Positions 22,231-31,772 of a stretch of 63,920 bases of DNA are shown here, piece after piece. The translations under genes and the position numbers were made by a program. The notes under the pieces were generated by a model. The model saw only the letters and a program-made list of their open reading frames with translations. It had not been told where the DNA came from and did no database searches. The DNA lies in contig DBQK01000009.1 in NCBI GenBank assembly GCA_002305195.1, forward strand, positions 61,575 to 125,494. The letters run 5' to 3'. The number at the start of each line of letters is the position of its first letter. Position 1 is the first letter of the stretch. This DNA comes from Patescibacteria group bacterium UBA1396. GTDB lineage: Bacteria > Patescibacteriota > Microgenomatia > UBA1400 > UBA1396.

Positions 22231-22797
22231 TTAATTGTTTCTACTGACGTATTCGCCGGTGGACGTGTCGATTACGACTTTATCGCCGGTCTTAACAAAT
22301 ATTGGCACCGCGATGGTTGCTCCAGTTTCAAGTTTAGCTTGTTTTTTTGGCGCGGTAACCCGATCTCCAGCTACTGCCTCCTCAGCCTCAGTTACTTCAA
22401 GAGTAACTTTTTTGGGTAAAAAGATACCGATTGGCTGGTCATTGTAAAATTGAACGTGACAAGTCATTTCTTCTTTAAGAAAGTTACGATCACTGCCCAT
22501 TACTTCACCAGAAACCTCGACTTGATCATAGGTGCGAGGGTTCATAAACACAAAGTTATTGCCTTCTTGGTAGATGTACTGCAATTCCCTTGTTTCCACT
22601 TCCGCTAGCTCAACTTGCTCAGTGGTTTTGTAGGTAAAGTCCATCATTTTACTGGTGAGGACATTGCGTAGTTTTACTCTGGTAAAGGCCGAGCCTTTAC
22701 CTGGACTAACAAATTCGTGAGATATAACTTGGTGTGGTTCATTGTGATGTAGCACAAACATACCTTTGCGCACATTGCCGCCGTTAACTGTTGACAT
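22231..22797 (-). CDS. efp: Elongation factor P (Lys at the modified position)
   Basis: VSPGKGSAF loop; LETGA..VPIFV..GD C-terminus. Confidence 0.97.
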   Translation of the reverse strand: MSTVNGGNVRKGMFVLHHNEPHQVISHEFVSPGKGSAFTRVKLRNVLTSKMMDFTYKTTEQVELAEVETRELQYIYQEGNNFVFMNPRTYDQVEVSGEVMGSDRNFLKEEMTCHVQFYNDQPIGIFLPKKVTLEVTEAEEAVAGDRVTAPKKQAKLETGATIAVPIFVKTGDKVVIDTSTGEYVSRNN

Positions 22798-22803
22798 AGG
22801 AGG

Positions 22804-23838
22804 CTATTTTATCAGTTCTGGCCAGAGGTGAGTAGCGGGGAAAGCCAAAGTTTCTTGAATTGATGGTTGATCGGTAAAAAGCATTACCAGTCGATCTACC
22901 CCAACCGCAATGCCGGCGCATTCTGGCAGCCCGCTTTTGAGGGCATTAATAAAGTTATAATCAATGTCGAATAAGGTTCTACCAGTTTTGGCTTTTTCTT
23001 GTTGATCCTCCTTCAATCTATTCAACTGTTCCTGCCAATCGGTTAATTCTGAGAAGGCATTTCCCAGCTCAAGACCGTTGATGTAGAACTCAAACCTTTC
23101 AGCGAATCTGGGATCTGACTTTTTCTTTTTCGATAACGCTGCCTGACTGACAGGATATTCGTAAATAATGGTTGGTTTGGTTTTTCCTAAGTTAGGTTCT
23201 ATCTCATTTAAAAATATTTGGTTATACACTTCTTCCCAGGTTGTTTGTTCGTTAACCTGATAACCTCTTTCTTTGCTGGCGGCTAATAATTTAGGAGTTG
23301 TAAGTAGGATTTTCTGATCAATTTGAGCGTATTTCTTAAAAGCTTGGCTGACAGTTATCCTTTCCCAAGGCTCAGTAAGATTATATATTTCTCCCTGATA
23401 TTCTAAAATTGGTTGTTGGTCTGGGTGAATGGTTTTGGCGATGGATTTGAGCAACTGTTCACAGTCGTCCATAATTTGAAGATAATCTGCACCCACGCGA
23501 TACCATTCTAGGATGGAAAATTCCGGATTATGCCGAGGGCTTACGCCCTCGGCATTACGAAAACTTTTTGTAATTTGGAATATATTACCTGATCCGGCTG
23601 CCAGCATCTGCTTCATCGCATATTCCGGGCTGGAAATTAAAAAGGCTCTAGTTGGCTGACGATTTTGATCAAGTAGTTGAGTTTCAAAAACCTCTAGATA
23701 CGGCTCCATACTTGGTAGTGGTACTAACTGAGGAGTTTCGGCTTCCCAAAAACCTGATCGCCGAAAAAAATCGCGGATGGCTTGAACAATTACCGCACGT
23801 TGTTTAAGCACGGGGAAGTTAAATTGGTGGGAGCTCAT
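22804..23838 (-). CDS. epmA: EF-P lysine aminoacylase EpmA/GenX
   Basis: LysRS catalytic core without anticodon domain; SSPEYAMK, FRNAE...HNPEF, GIAVGVDRL; adjacent to efp. Confidence 0.93.
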   Translation of the reverse strand: MSSHQFNFPVLKQRAVIVQAIRDFFRRSGFWEAETPQLVPLPSMEPYLEVFETQLLDQNRQPTRAFLISSPEYAMKQMLAAGSGNIFQITKSFRNAEGVSPRHNPEFSILEWYRVGADYLQIMDDCEQLLKSIAKTIHPDQQPILEYQGEIYNLTEPWERITVSQAFKKYAQIDQKILLTTPKLLAASKERGYQVNEQTTWEEVYNQIFLNEIEPNLGKTKPTIIYEYPVSQAALSKKKKSDPRFAERFEFYINGLELGNAFSELTDWQEQLNRLKEDQQEKAKTGRTLFDIDYNFINALKSGLPECAGIAVGVDRLVMLFTDQPSIQETLAFPATHLWPELIK

Positions 23839-23852
23839 GCCTGGATTGTTGG

Positions 23853-24245
23853 TTAGATAGATTTGTTATTTAATCTAAAAATTTGCCTTAATTTTTCAGC
23901 AAAGATTTCTTGGAATTCTTGATGAAGGTGCGGAGATGCAATTGGACTGATATCGGCTACTTCAAGGAATTGTTGCAAAGCTTGTTTATAGGTAGCAAGG
24001 AGCCTTCTATCTCCTTTTTTATTTTTTAATTGAGCATAAATGGCGTCTCTTTCACCATTATTCAAGTCTGTATTTTGTTTCAGTGCATCTTCTGCATTTC
24101 TCAGATTAATTGACCAATGACCAATTTTTTCCTTATTTCCAACCAACTCGCGTAAATCTTCGGTAGTTAAAGCAGTTTGAGTGCCAAGCTCATCATAGAT
24201 TTGATTTGCGTTCTTGTAGTTTTCCAATCTATCTTCCATTGACAT
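23853..24245 (-). CDS. Hypothetical protein
   Basis: 130 aa ORF filling the gap between epmA and sod; no motif. Confidence 0.65.
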   Translation of the reverse strand: MSMEDRLENYKNANQIYDELGTQTALTTEDLRELVGNKEKIGHWSINLRNAEDALKQNTDLNNGERDAIYAQLKNKKGDRRLLATYKQALQQFLEVADISPIASPHLHQEFQEIFAEKLRQIFRLNNKSI

Positions 24246-24305
24246 AGAAACCGATTCTATCTCAATTGGCTGATTTTTTCTAGATAAAGAAAAGTTAGCG
24301 CGTTA

Positions 24306-24905
24306 TTATTCCAAACGCTTTTCAACCTCAGCCCAGTTAACTATCTGCCACCAGTTTTCAACATATTCTGGTCGGCGATTCTGGTACTGAAGATAGTAAG
24401 CGTGTTCCCAAACATCCAACCCTAAAATGGGCTTTAATCCATCCATAATTGGACTATCTTGATTAGGAGTTGATAAGACTAAAAGTTGGTTATCTGGGTT
24501 AGCCACTAGCCAGGCCCATCCACTGCCAAATCTGTTTAGCGCGTGTTGGGTAAACTCATTTTTAAAGTTGTCGAATCCACCAAAAAATTGCTTAAAGGCA
24601 GACATTAGTTTTTCACTTGGTTCTTGTGGGCCATTTCCTTGTAGACTAGTCCAGAACAAGGAGTGGTTAGCGTGGCCGCCACCGTTGTTTCTAACTGCCA
24701 GTTGAATCTCAGCCGGAACTTGATCGAGGTTAGCCAGCAGATTTTCAACACTCATTGTTAGTAAATCGTGATGTCCTTCTAAAGCAGCGTTTAATTTGTC
24801 AACATAACCACCATGATGTTTAGTGTGGTGAATTTCCATGGTTTTGGCGTCGATAACCGGCTCGAGCGACCGGTAGTCATACGGCAATTTTGGCAATTGA
24901 TGCAT
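24306..24905 (-). CDS. sodA: Superoxide dismutase, Mn-type signature
   Basis: [28 protein letters not shown]; SD AAGGAGG upstream. Confidence 0.93.
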   Translation of the reverse strand: MHQLPKLPYDYRSLEPVIDAKTMEIHHTKHHGGYVDKLNAALEGHHDLLTMSVENLLANLDQVPAEIQLAVRNNGGGHANHSLFWTSLQGNGPQEPSEKLMSAFKQFFGGFDNFKNEFTQHALNRFGSGWAWLVANPDNQLLVLSTPNQDSPIMDGLKPILGLDVWEHAYYLQYQNRRPEYVENWWQIVNWAEVEKRLE

Positions 24906-25042
24906 AAACCCTCCTTACTGAAAACGTTAACTGTTTATTATTAAAGGTGTAATACAAAGTATACTTTATTCCTAGTAAGAAGACGGTAAGCCTTTAGCAA
25001 CTACTTATAAAGGAATTTCTACACCTTAACTAAAGTGAATGA

Positions 25043-26473
25043 TTACAGGTTCTGAATGATATTCAAAGCCACAAAAATTACAAAGAAAGTGAAGGCAATT
25101 AACATTACCAGCTTACGCCACCAACTGGCTTGAATTGATTTGGGCAGCTCGCGACGATTAAGCCAGTAAATAAGCGGAAAGGCAATCATCATAGCGGTGG
25201 CATTTAGAACAGCGCTTAAGGTGATTAAAAATCTTGGTTCTTGCCACCCAGACAGTAAGACCAAGATTCCCAGTGTAATTTGACCCCACAGGGCAAAGTA
25301 GAAACCTGCTGATAGATTAGATTTTTTTCCTGGTCGATAAAATAAAAGCAAGATATTTTCAGAAATAATTCTTGAAGAAGACTCAATGACCCCTAACTGA
25401 GTCGAAAACAGCATAATGGCTGATAACAACAAGAATGACGTGCCAATAAACGGCCCAACCTGTTGAGTGATAACAGCAGCTTCATGATAGAGAAACGATA
25501 TACCCTCTGTCTGCGCTTGTCCAAAGACTAAGGCATAAGCCAAAATAGAAAGCAAAGCAATTGTTACAAATCCCAAGACCCAGAAAACCAAGAAATGTTC
25601 AATATTAACTAGTCTCCACCAACGTTGCCAAAGCTTATTGTTGCTGGCAGTCTGGCTAAAAACCCTACCTTCCAAATACATTTTTTGCTGACCGCCGCTA
25701 ATTAAAGAAGAGATTTTCTGGGTGCCTTTGCCCATGCCAAATCCTTTCTCCTTTATATAGTAGGATTGAGCCAAATTTAAATTACCGCCGGCACCGGAAT
25801 AGGCAAAGGCACCTAGAAAGGCAAAGAAGCCAATATTGGTAGGAAATAACCACCAGCCATCGCCTCTACCAACAAGCCCCCAAGCTGCTGATTGCCAGTC
25901 TGCTAGAGAGCTGAGATAAAAGGTCAGTAAGATAATCATCGGCACCCCAATCAGGATGATATTGCGCTGTATTGTCTCCATTGTTTTGTATAAGGTCTTG
26001 CCAGCGCTAAGGATGATTCCGGTTAGTAATAACAAGCCAATAGCCACAATTTTTGTGCTAAATATCGGTATAAATTGGGCAAGGATCTGGGAGCTGGCTG
26101 AAGAAAAGCCAGGAATCGACCAGGGAATAAAAGTAGATAAAATAAACCAAATTGGTAATAAAATTGATAAGCGTCTGAAACCGACAAAAATGCTTTCTCC
26201 TTTGGCCAAGGTGTAGCGCATTGCTTCTGTATTAAGTATAAATTGAAAACTTACACCAAGCAAAGCTCCCCACAGAAGACCTAGTCCATAGTTAGCGGCT
26301 AAATATGGCCATAAAAGCAACTCACCACTACCAAGCGCTAAACCTAGTAAAATAAATGACGGTCCGATAGTCCGCCACAAACTTGGGGGCGTTGGTAAAT
26401 TGACTGATTGACGTTTTTTGGACGCTGGGCGAGGCACCTTTTCACAATAGCAAAAATCTGGTTTAAGAAGCAA
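25043..26473 (-). CDS. Nramp-like divalent metal transporter (YcsG-like)
   Basis: GPSFILLGLALGSGELLLWP, AYSGAGG; about 11 TM segments; start may be slightly downstream. Confidence 0.75.
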   Translation of the reverse strand: MLLKPDFCYCEKVPRPASKKRQSVNLPTPPSLWRTIGPSFILLGLALGSGELLLWPYLAANYGLGLLWGALLGVSFQFILNTEAMRYTLAKGESIFVGFRRLSILLPIWFILSTFIPWSIPGFSSASSQILAQFIPIFSTKIVAIGLLLLTGIILSAGKTLYKTMETIQRNIILIGVPMIILLTFYLSSLADWQSAAWGLVGRGDGWWLFPTNIGFFAFLGAFAYSGAGGNLNLAQSYYIKEKGFGMGKGTQKISSLISGGQQKMYLEGRVFSQTASNNKLWQRWWRLVNIEHFLVFWVLGFVTIALLSILAYALVFGQAQTEGISFLYHEAAVITQQVGPFIGTSFLLLSAIMLFSTQLGVIESSSRIISENILLLFYRPGKKSNLSAGFYFALWGQITLGILVLLSGWQEPRFLITLSAVLNATAMMIAFPLIYWLNRRELPKSIQASWWRKLVMLIAFTFFVIFVALNIIQNL

Positions 26474-26547
26474 ATTCTAATTTGGTAGTATGGAATAAAA
26501 ATTTTCTCAAGTTGAAACTTGCCAGCGCTAGAAACCCTATTAGAAAT

Positions 26548-27411
26548 TTACTGTTGGCATACTGGACAATAGTGGGTGCCTCGCCCAGCCACTTTGGTTT
26601 TCTGAATAATCGAACCACATTGGAGGCATTTTTCTTCGGCTCGACCATAAACTTGCAAGAATTTGGCATAGCCACCCTTTTTACCTTCATGGTCGGCATA
26701 ATTTCTAAATGTAGTACCTCGGTGTTTTATCGCTTGAGAAATAATATTTTTAATCGCTTGATACAAAGCATGCTTTTGAGAATCATTTAGAGTACCTGTG
26801 TTTCTATTAGGCAAGATGCCAGCTTGAAGGCAAACTTCATCGGCATATATGTTGCCTAAGCCGGCAATTTCCTGTTGATCCAGTAACCAACTTTTGACCG
26901 GTCTCTTTCTTAAATCAATTTTTTCTTTAAATGCCTGCCAAGTAAAGCTCGGAGTTCCTGGTTCTAAACCATAGCTATTAACCAGCTGACTTAATTGGTC
27001 GGTGGTAGCTAGTTGGGTGTAACCAAATTGTCGAAGGTCGTTAAAAAATAGGGTCGACTGATCTTGAAAGTGGAACATTAAATGTGTGTATTTATTGGGT
27101 AATTCTGATTTAAAATCCGGATATGGGTGCCCACCAGCTATTAAGGTTTGATCGGTTGGGTAAATTAACTGGCCGGTCATTTTCAGATGAATTAACAAAT
27201 ATTGGGGCTCAGATTTTTTTAAATGAAAGATTAGAAGTTTGGCTCTGCGACTAATATTAGTAAATTGATTACCGATAATTGCTGCTTGAAATTGACTTAA
27301 ATCGCCACGTACAATTTTAGGCAGACCAACCGTGACATTTTCGATCCTTTTAAAAAGGACATTGTTTTCTAGTCCTCTTCTAATGGTCTCTACCTCTGGA
27401 AGTTCGGGCAT
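26548..27411 (-). CDS. mutM: Formamidopyrimidine-DNA glycosylase
   Basis: MPELPEVE, HLKMTG, GLGNIYADE, C-terminal CxxC...CxxC zinc finger. Confidence 0.97.
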   Translation of the reverse strand: MPELPEVETIRRGLENNVLFKRIENVTVGLPKIVRGDLSQFQAAIIGNQFTNISRRAKLLIFHLKKSEPQYLLIHLKMTGQLIYPTDQTLIAGGHPYPDFKSELPNKYTHLMFHFQDQSTLFFNDLRQFGYTQLATTDQLSQLVNSYGLEPGTPSFTWQAFKEKIDLRKRPVKSWLLDQQEIAGLGNIYADEVCLQAGILPNRNTGTLNDSQKHALYQAIKNIISQAIKHRGTTFRNYADHEGKKGGYAKFLQVYGRAEEKCLQCGSIIQKTKVAGRGTHYCPVCQQ

Positions 27412-27469
27412 AAGAGATTATTATAGGTGTTTTTATATAAATATTAAGTAAGAGTTTATTGGGAAATAC

Positions 27470-27499
27470 TTGACAGAGCTTGGTTTTCTATCTTAGAAT
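27470..27499 (+). promoter_or_regulatory. Sigma70-type promoter of hsp20
   Basis: TTGACA (27470-27475), 18 bp spacer, TAGAAT (27494-27499); SD AGGAGG at 27557-27562. Confidence 0.7.
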
Positions 27500-27503
27500 T
27501 TCC

Positions 27504-27530
27504 TTAGCAGTCAACACTATAGACTGCCAA
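27504..27530. promoter_or_regulatory. CIRCE (HrcA operator) variant
   Basis: TTAGCAGTC-N9-GACTGCCAA versus consensus TTAGCACTC-N9-GAGTGCTAA, located between promoter and hsp20. Confidence 0.85.
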
Positions 27531-27567
27531 AAACGAACAAAATACAAAACAGGGAAAGGAGGAAAAA

Positions 27568-27987
27568 ATGACCCTAACACGTTGGAGTCCAGTTAGCCGA
27601 ATGCTGTCTCCTTGGTCAGACTTATGGGAGGATGATTTACTACCAGTAGGCGGCAGTTCTCTAGGAGGTATGGAGGTTTACGAAACCGAAAAAGATGTTG
27701 TGGTTAAATTAAATGTGGCTGGTGTGCCGCAAGATAAAATCGACATAACTTTCGAAAAAGGAGTTTTGTTTGTTAATGCCCAACTTGAAGAAGAAAAGCA
27801 TGAGGAAAAGCGTAACTACTATAGTCGTTCCACCAAGCAGTACAGTTACCGAGTAGCTGTACCAGGAGAGATTGATCTTGGCAAAGAACCAGACGCACAA
27901 GTTGACCAAGGCATCTTGACCGTCAAGTTTGCTAAATCTCAAGCTGCCTTACCAAAGAAGTTGAAGATTAAAGCTAGTAGTAAGTAA
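27568..27987 (+). CDS. Hsp20/alpha-crystallin small heat shock protein
   Basis: VYETEKDVVVKLNVAGV...DQGILTVKF. Confidence 0.93.
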   Translation: MTLTRWSPVSRMLSPWSDLWEDDLLPVGGSSLGGMEVYETEKDVVVKLNVAGVPQDKIDITFEKGVLFVNAQLEEEKHEEKRNYYSRSTKQYSYRVAVPGEIDLGKEPDAQVDQGILTVKFAKSQAALPKKLKIKASSK

Positions 27988-28022
27988 AACCAATCCTTGG
28001 TGAAAATTGGTTAAAGATAATT

Positions 28023-28053
28023 AAAGGCGCCGGCCAAACTGACCGGCGCTTTT
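28023..28053 (+). terminator. Intrinsic terminator after hsp20
   Basis: GCGCCGG/CCGGCGC stem followed by TTTT. Confidence 0.8.
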
Positions 28054-28129
28054 AATAACCACTAAGTAAAAATTATACTTGCTACTCTACTCTTTTTAAC
28101 TTCCTTGCCAAACTTGGTATCATAGAGTC

Positions 28130-29224
28130 ATGATCGATAACCAATTGTTTAACTTTGGCAGTTTTTTTCCAGCTTGGTTTTTAGACTTACTCACACATCA
28201 ATATTTTGGCAATCGGCTTTGGCAATATTTAATCACTGCGTTTTTGGGGGCAATCGTATTTTTTTCATTGTTAATTTTGAAGCAGATGGTTATCAAAAAA
28301 TTAGATCGACTGGTGAAGAGAACTTCATCTGGACTTGATGATGTTTTGTTGAAAACGCTTGGGAAAATGCACTGGTATGTTTACTTATTGATTGCTGCAA
28401 TTTTGGTGCTACCCATATTGGATGTCGACGAGCAAATCACAAAAAATATTGACCTTTTGGCTCTAATCATTATCACGATTGAAATAATTTCCTTTTTGCA
28501 GCGAGTCATTAATTACTTTATTGCAAGACAAAAATTATTAAATACCGACACTCAATCCTCTGGAGAAGCGATTAAATTAGCCGGTCGGATTGCACAATCG
28601 GTTTTGTGGTTTTTTGGTGGTTTACTAATAATTTCTAATTTAGGTATTGATGTAACCTCTCTTTTAGCTGGAGTTGGTGTCAGTGGTATTATCGTGGCTT
28701 TTGCCTTGCAAAATGTTTTATCTGATTTATTTAGTTCACTATCAATTCATTTTGATAAGCCTTTTAAAGTTGGTGACTTTATCGCTTTTGGCGATTATTT
28801 AGGTACTGTGGAAAAGATTGGTGTTAAGTCGGTCCGTATTAGATCATTAAGTGGCGAAGAATTAATCATTCCTAACCAAGATATTACTAATGAGAGAATT
28901 AAAAATTATAGATCATTACACCGGCGACGAGTGCAGCTTTCCTTTGGCGTTGCCTATGGGACAAGTAACAACCAGCTAAAAAAAATTCCTCCAGCGGTGG
29001 CTAAAATTATCGACGATATAGAATTAACCGATTTCAGTCGAACTCATTTTTCATCTTTTGATTCTCATGCTTATACTTTTGAAGTTGTCTATTTTGTCAA
29101 CAGCAGTGATTATCGAACTCATATGGATATTAAGCAGCAGATTTTATTGGGGATTAAGTCTTACCTTGAAAAAGAAAAGATTGACATTCCCTTCCCCACT
29201 CAAACCATCAAGCTGGAAAAGTAA
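28130..29224 (+). CDS. mscS: Small-conductance mechanosensitive channel
   Basis: LGIDVTSLLAGVGVSG..FALQNVLSD, PFKVGD, IPFPTQ. Confidence 0.93.
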   Translation: MIDNQLFNFGSFFPAWFLDLLTHQYFGNRLWQYLITAFLGAIVFFSLLILKQMVIKKLDRLVKRTSSGLDDVLLKTLGKMHWYVYLLIAAILVLPILDVDEQITKNIDLLALIIITIEIISFLQRVINYFIARQKLLNTDTQSSGEAIKLAGRIAQSVLWFFGGLLIISNLGIDVTSLLAGVGVSGIIVAFALQNVLSDLFSSLSIHFDKPFKVGDFIAFGDYLGTVEKIGVKSVRIRSLSGEELIIPNQDITNERIKNYRSLHRRRVQLSFGVAYGTSNNQLKKIPPAVAKIIDDIELTDFSRTHFSSFDSHAYTFEVVYFVNSSDYRTHMDIKQQILLGIKSYLEKEKIDIPFPTQTIKLEK

Positions 29225-29238
29225 GAGCAAATAATAGT

Positions 29239-30216
29239 TTAGCCAGCTAAACCGATTTTTTGTTTAACTTCTTGAATAGTGTCTTGAGCAATTACCAGAG
29301 CTTTTTCGGTTCCCTCTGCAATAATTTGATCGACATATTGTGGATCAGACAAAATTTCTTGACGTTTAGCCTGAAAGGGCTCAAGTTCTTGATAAATTGC
29401 TTGGGCGACAGTGTCTTTTAGCTCAACATACTTAAGTGTACCGCCAGCAAATTTTTCTAGAAATGCTGTATGTTTCTCTGGGGCAAAAAAGTTAAGCAGT
29501 GTAAACAATACCTCTACTCCACGGCTCATCTTACCGCCGACCTCAGTGGCTGTGGGAACGCTTCTGACTTTCTTTCTAATGGTGTCTAAGTCATCGGTTA
29601 ACAAGATGTAACTTCCAGCTACTGATTTACTCATTTTGCCTTCACCAGTTAAGCTGGGGATGTATTCCCCTTTAGTGGCGAATCTTTGTGGTTCGGGGAA
29701 ATTAGTACCGTAATCTTGATTCATTTTACGAGCAATATTTCTAGCCACTTCAAGATGAGGTTCTTGGTCAATGCCTACCGGAACCAATTCACCTTGATAC
29801 AGCAAAATATCAGCTGCCTGCAGAACTGGATAATTGAGTAAAGCCAAGCTGGTGAAGTTGGGGTACTGTTTAACTTTTTCCTTAAAAGTTGGTAGATGCT
29901 GCATTTTGGCCACGGTCGTTACTGACGCGAAATAGAAGGCCAGCTCGAAATGATAAGGTATATCAGCTTGACAAAAAAGAATGCTTTTTTGGGGATCAAG
30001 GCCAGCTGCTAAATAATCGATAATTATTTCGCGACGTTGTCGGCGTAGCTGGTTCACATCATAAGGTGTAGTGATAGCGTGAGCATCTGCCACCATATAT
30101 AAGGTTTCGTACTCACTACTATCCTGCAATGCTAGCATTCCCGATACTGCACCTAAATAGTTGCCAAGGTGTAGTTGTCCGGTTGCTCGGATTCCTGATA
30201 AAACACGTTTGCTCAT
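29239..30216 (-). CDS. trpS: Tryptophanyl-tRNA synthetase
   Basis: SGIRATGQLHLGN, YPVLQAADIL, VGIDQEPH, KMSKS. Confidence 0.97.
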   Translation of the reverse strand: MSKRVLSGIRATGQLHLGNYLGAVSGMLALQDSSEYETLYMVADAHAITTPYDVNQLRRQRREIIIDYLAAGLDPQKSILFCQADIPYHFELAFYFASVTTVAKMQHLPTFKEKVKQYPNFTSLALLNYPVLQAADILLYQGELVPVGIDQEPHLEVARNIARKMNQDYGTNFPEPQRFATKGEYIPSLTGEGKMSKSVAGSYILLTDDLDTIRKKVRSVPTATEVGGKMSRGVEVLFTLLNFFAPEKHTAFLEKFAGGTLKYVELKDTVAQAIYQELEPFQAKRQEILSDPQYVDQIIAEGTEKALVIAQDTIQEVKQKIGLAG

Positions 30217-30250
30217 ATATCTCCTTTATTTTCTTGTGTTTATTGCTAAC

Positions 30251-30480
30251 AAAAAAGCCCTAGCGTATTTCCAAGCCTAAGGCTTAGAAACACGCTAGGG
30301 CCATTTTTTGGCGGTGCCACCTAGCTTCACTTAGAGTGTTACCACCCTAAGTCTTAACTACCATTCGTTTGGTAGTTTGAACTTGATAACGGATTCAACC
30401 CGAGATGGCTACTTTCTTTATTATTAAAGCCGTTTCACCACCCAGCTCGGCAGGCCCATTTTCCTGCCTCTAGCGCTTTG
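30251..30480 (-). promoter_or_regulatory. Trp T-box riboswitch with ultrashort Stem I and intrinsic terminator
   Basis: Stem I 30477-30444 with UGG in the apical loop (30458-30456); Stem II 30443-30403 with GAA/AGUA S-turn; IIA/B pseudoknot 30402-30383; Stem III 30351-30330; antiterminator GCUAGG-UGGCACC-GCC...GGC-CCUAGC 30325-30294; terminator 30301-30251. Confidence 0.92.
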
Positions 30481-30486
30481 TGACCC

Positions 30487-30514
30487 AGTATAATGTAGAG
30501 CCAGTAGGTGTCAA
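30487..30514 (-). promoter_or_regulatory. Promoter of the trpS leader
   Basis: TTGACA (30514-30509), 16 bp spacer, TATACT (30492-30487); overlaps a + strand TATAAT (30489-30494) facing truB. Confidence 0.7.
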
Positions 30515-30534
30515 TAGACAAGTCAGGAATATAA

Positions 30535-31230
30535 ATGACTCAATTAGATTCAATAAACCGAGTCCTGCCGGTTTTTAAGCCAGTAGGAATGTCCTCGCAC
30601 CATGTTATCCGGATCTTTAAAAAGCAAGCCGATTATAAAGGAAAGATAGGTCACGCCGGAACTTTAGATGTTTTTGCCAGTGGTTTATTATTGTTATTGT
30701 TAGGTAAAGCCACCAAACAATTTGACTATTGGCAAACTCAAACTAAAACATATGTCAGCGGTTCAAGACTAGGAATGGCTAGCGAGACCCTAGATGTTGA
30801 GGGTAATTTGAAAGTCCAATCCAACGTTTCTTCCCCTTCTGCTGATCAAATACGAGGAGTTCTCCCCAAATTTATTGGTGAAATTGAACAGGCTGTTCCA
30901 ACCTACTCCGCCGCCAAGTTTCAAGGTCAGCCTTTTTACAAGTATGCCAGGCAAGGAAAAATTATTGAAAAATCAAAAAAAGTTAGGATAGATAAGATTG
31001 ACTTGGTCGCTTGTCAATATCCATTGGTAACGCTAGAGATTCAATGTGGTTCGGGAACTTATATTCGGCAGCTTGCCTGGGACATATTTCAGTCATTGGG
31101 GATTGACAGTTTTTTATATTACTTGACTCGAACTCAAGTTGGCGAGGTAAATCTTGCTCAGGCAGCACCAATTAGTCACTTTAACAACCAAAAGTGGCAG
31201 GATTTTTTAATTGATATCAAAGCCAGTTAA
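30535..31230 (+). CDS. truB: tRNA pseudouridine-55 synthase
   Basis: GHAGTLD, SAAKFQG, CGSGTYIR. Confidence 0.95.
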   Translation: MTQLDSINRVLPVFKPVGMSSHHVIRIFKKQADYKGKIGHAGTLDVFASGLLLLLLGKATKQFDYWQTQTKTYVSGSRLGMASETLDVEGNLKVQSNVSSPSADQIRGVLPKFIGEIEQAVPTYSAAKFQGQPFYKYARQGKIIEKSKKVRIDKIDLVACQYPLVTLEIQCGSGTYIRQLAWDIFQSLGIDSFLYYLTRTQVGEVNLAQAAPISHFNNQKWQDFLIDIKAS

Positions 31231-31307
31231 TTAATCAGAACTAGTTATCGACCGTGAAACTAGCTAAAGGTTTACGAGTTGGATACAATGTTAAATAAGT
31301 AGAGCAA

Positions 31308-31754
31308 GTGCGAGGAGGTTGTATGTCGAAGCGAAATAATTCTTTTTTGTCGTTATTTGGGGTTGTGTTGGGAGTTGCCGCAGGTTGGAAATTGCGAAAG
31401 ATAGTTCAGAGAGAGTATGAAAATATCAAGGTTAAACCAGGATCTTCACAGAAAGTCTCAGATAAAGAACTATTAAATACAATCTTTGGCAAGTATTCGC
31501 AAGAATTAAAAAGTTACTTTCAAGAAGTGAGAGACGGAATTGATTGTCAGGTAAAAGAACTTAAGCTTGATTTAAAAAGTATTGATACTGCTAAGTATAA
31601 AGATATTGTGAATGAAGTTTTGACTAGTTTGAAGTCTGAGTACAAGGTTTCTAAGCAAGAGATTAGCCAGCTGCGCGATTATTTATTGTCCGATTTTGAA
31701 GTGATGACTAAAAAAGTTAAATCAAAAACTTCGAAAGACACAAAAAAGAAATAA
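31308..31754 (+). CDS. Hypothetical protein with N-terminal membrane anchor (YtxH-like)
   Basis: GVVLGVAAG TM segment then helical domain; likely start is ATG 31323 after GAGGAGG. Confidence 0.65.
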   Translation: MRGGCMSKRNNSFLSLFGVVLGVAAGWKLRKIVQREYENIKVKPGSSQKVSDKELLNTIFGKYSQELKSYFQEVRDGIDCQVKELKLDLKSIDTAKYKDIVNEVLTSLKSEYKVSKQEISQLRDYLLSDFEVMTKKVKSKTSKDTKKK

Positions 31755-31772
31755 ATATACAGAAGGTGTTTT

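Noticed and set aside
24956-24967. Palindrome AAAGTATACTTT upstream of sod as a metal-regulator box
   Set aside because: AT-rich, overlaps a likely -10, and does not match a Fur/PerR/MntR consensus I can support
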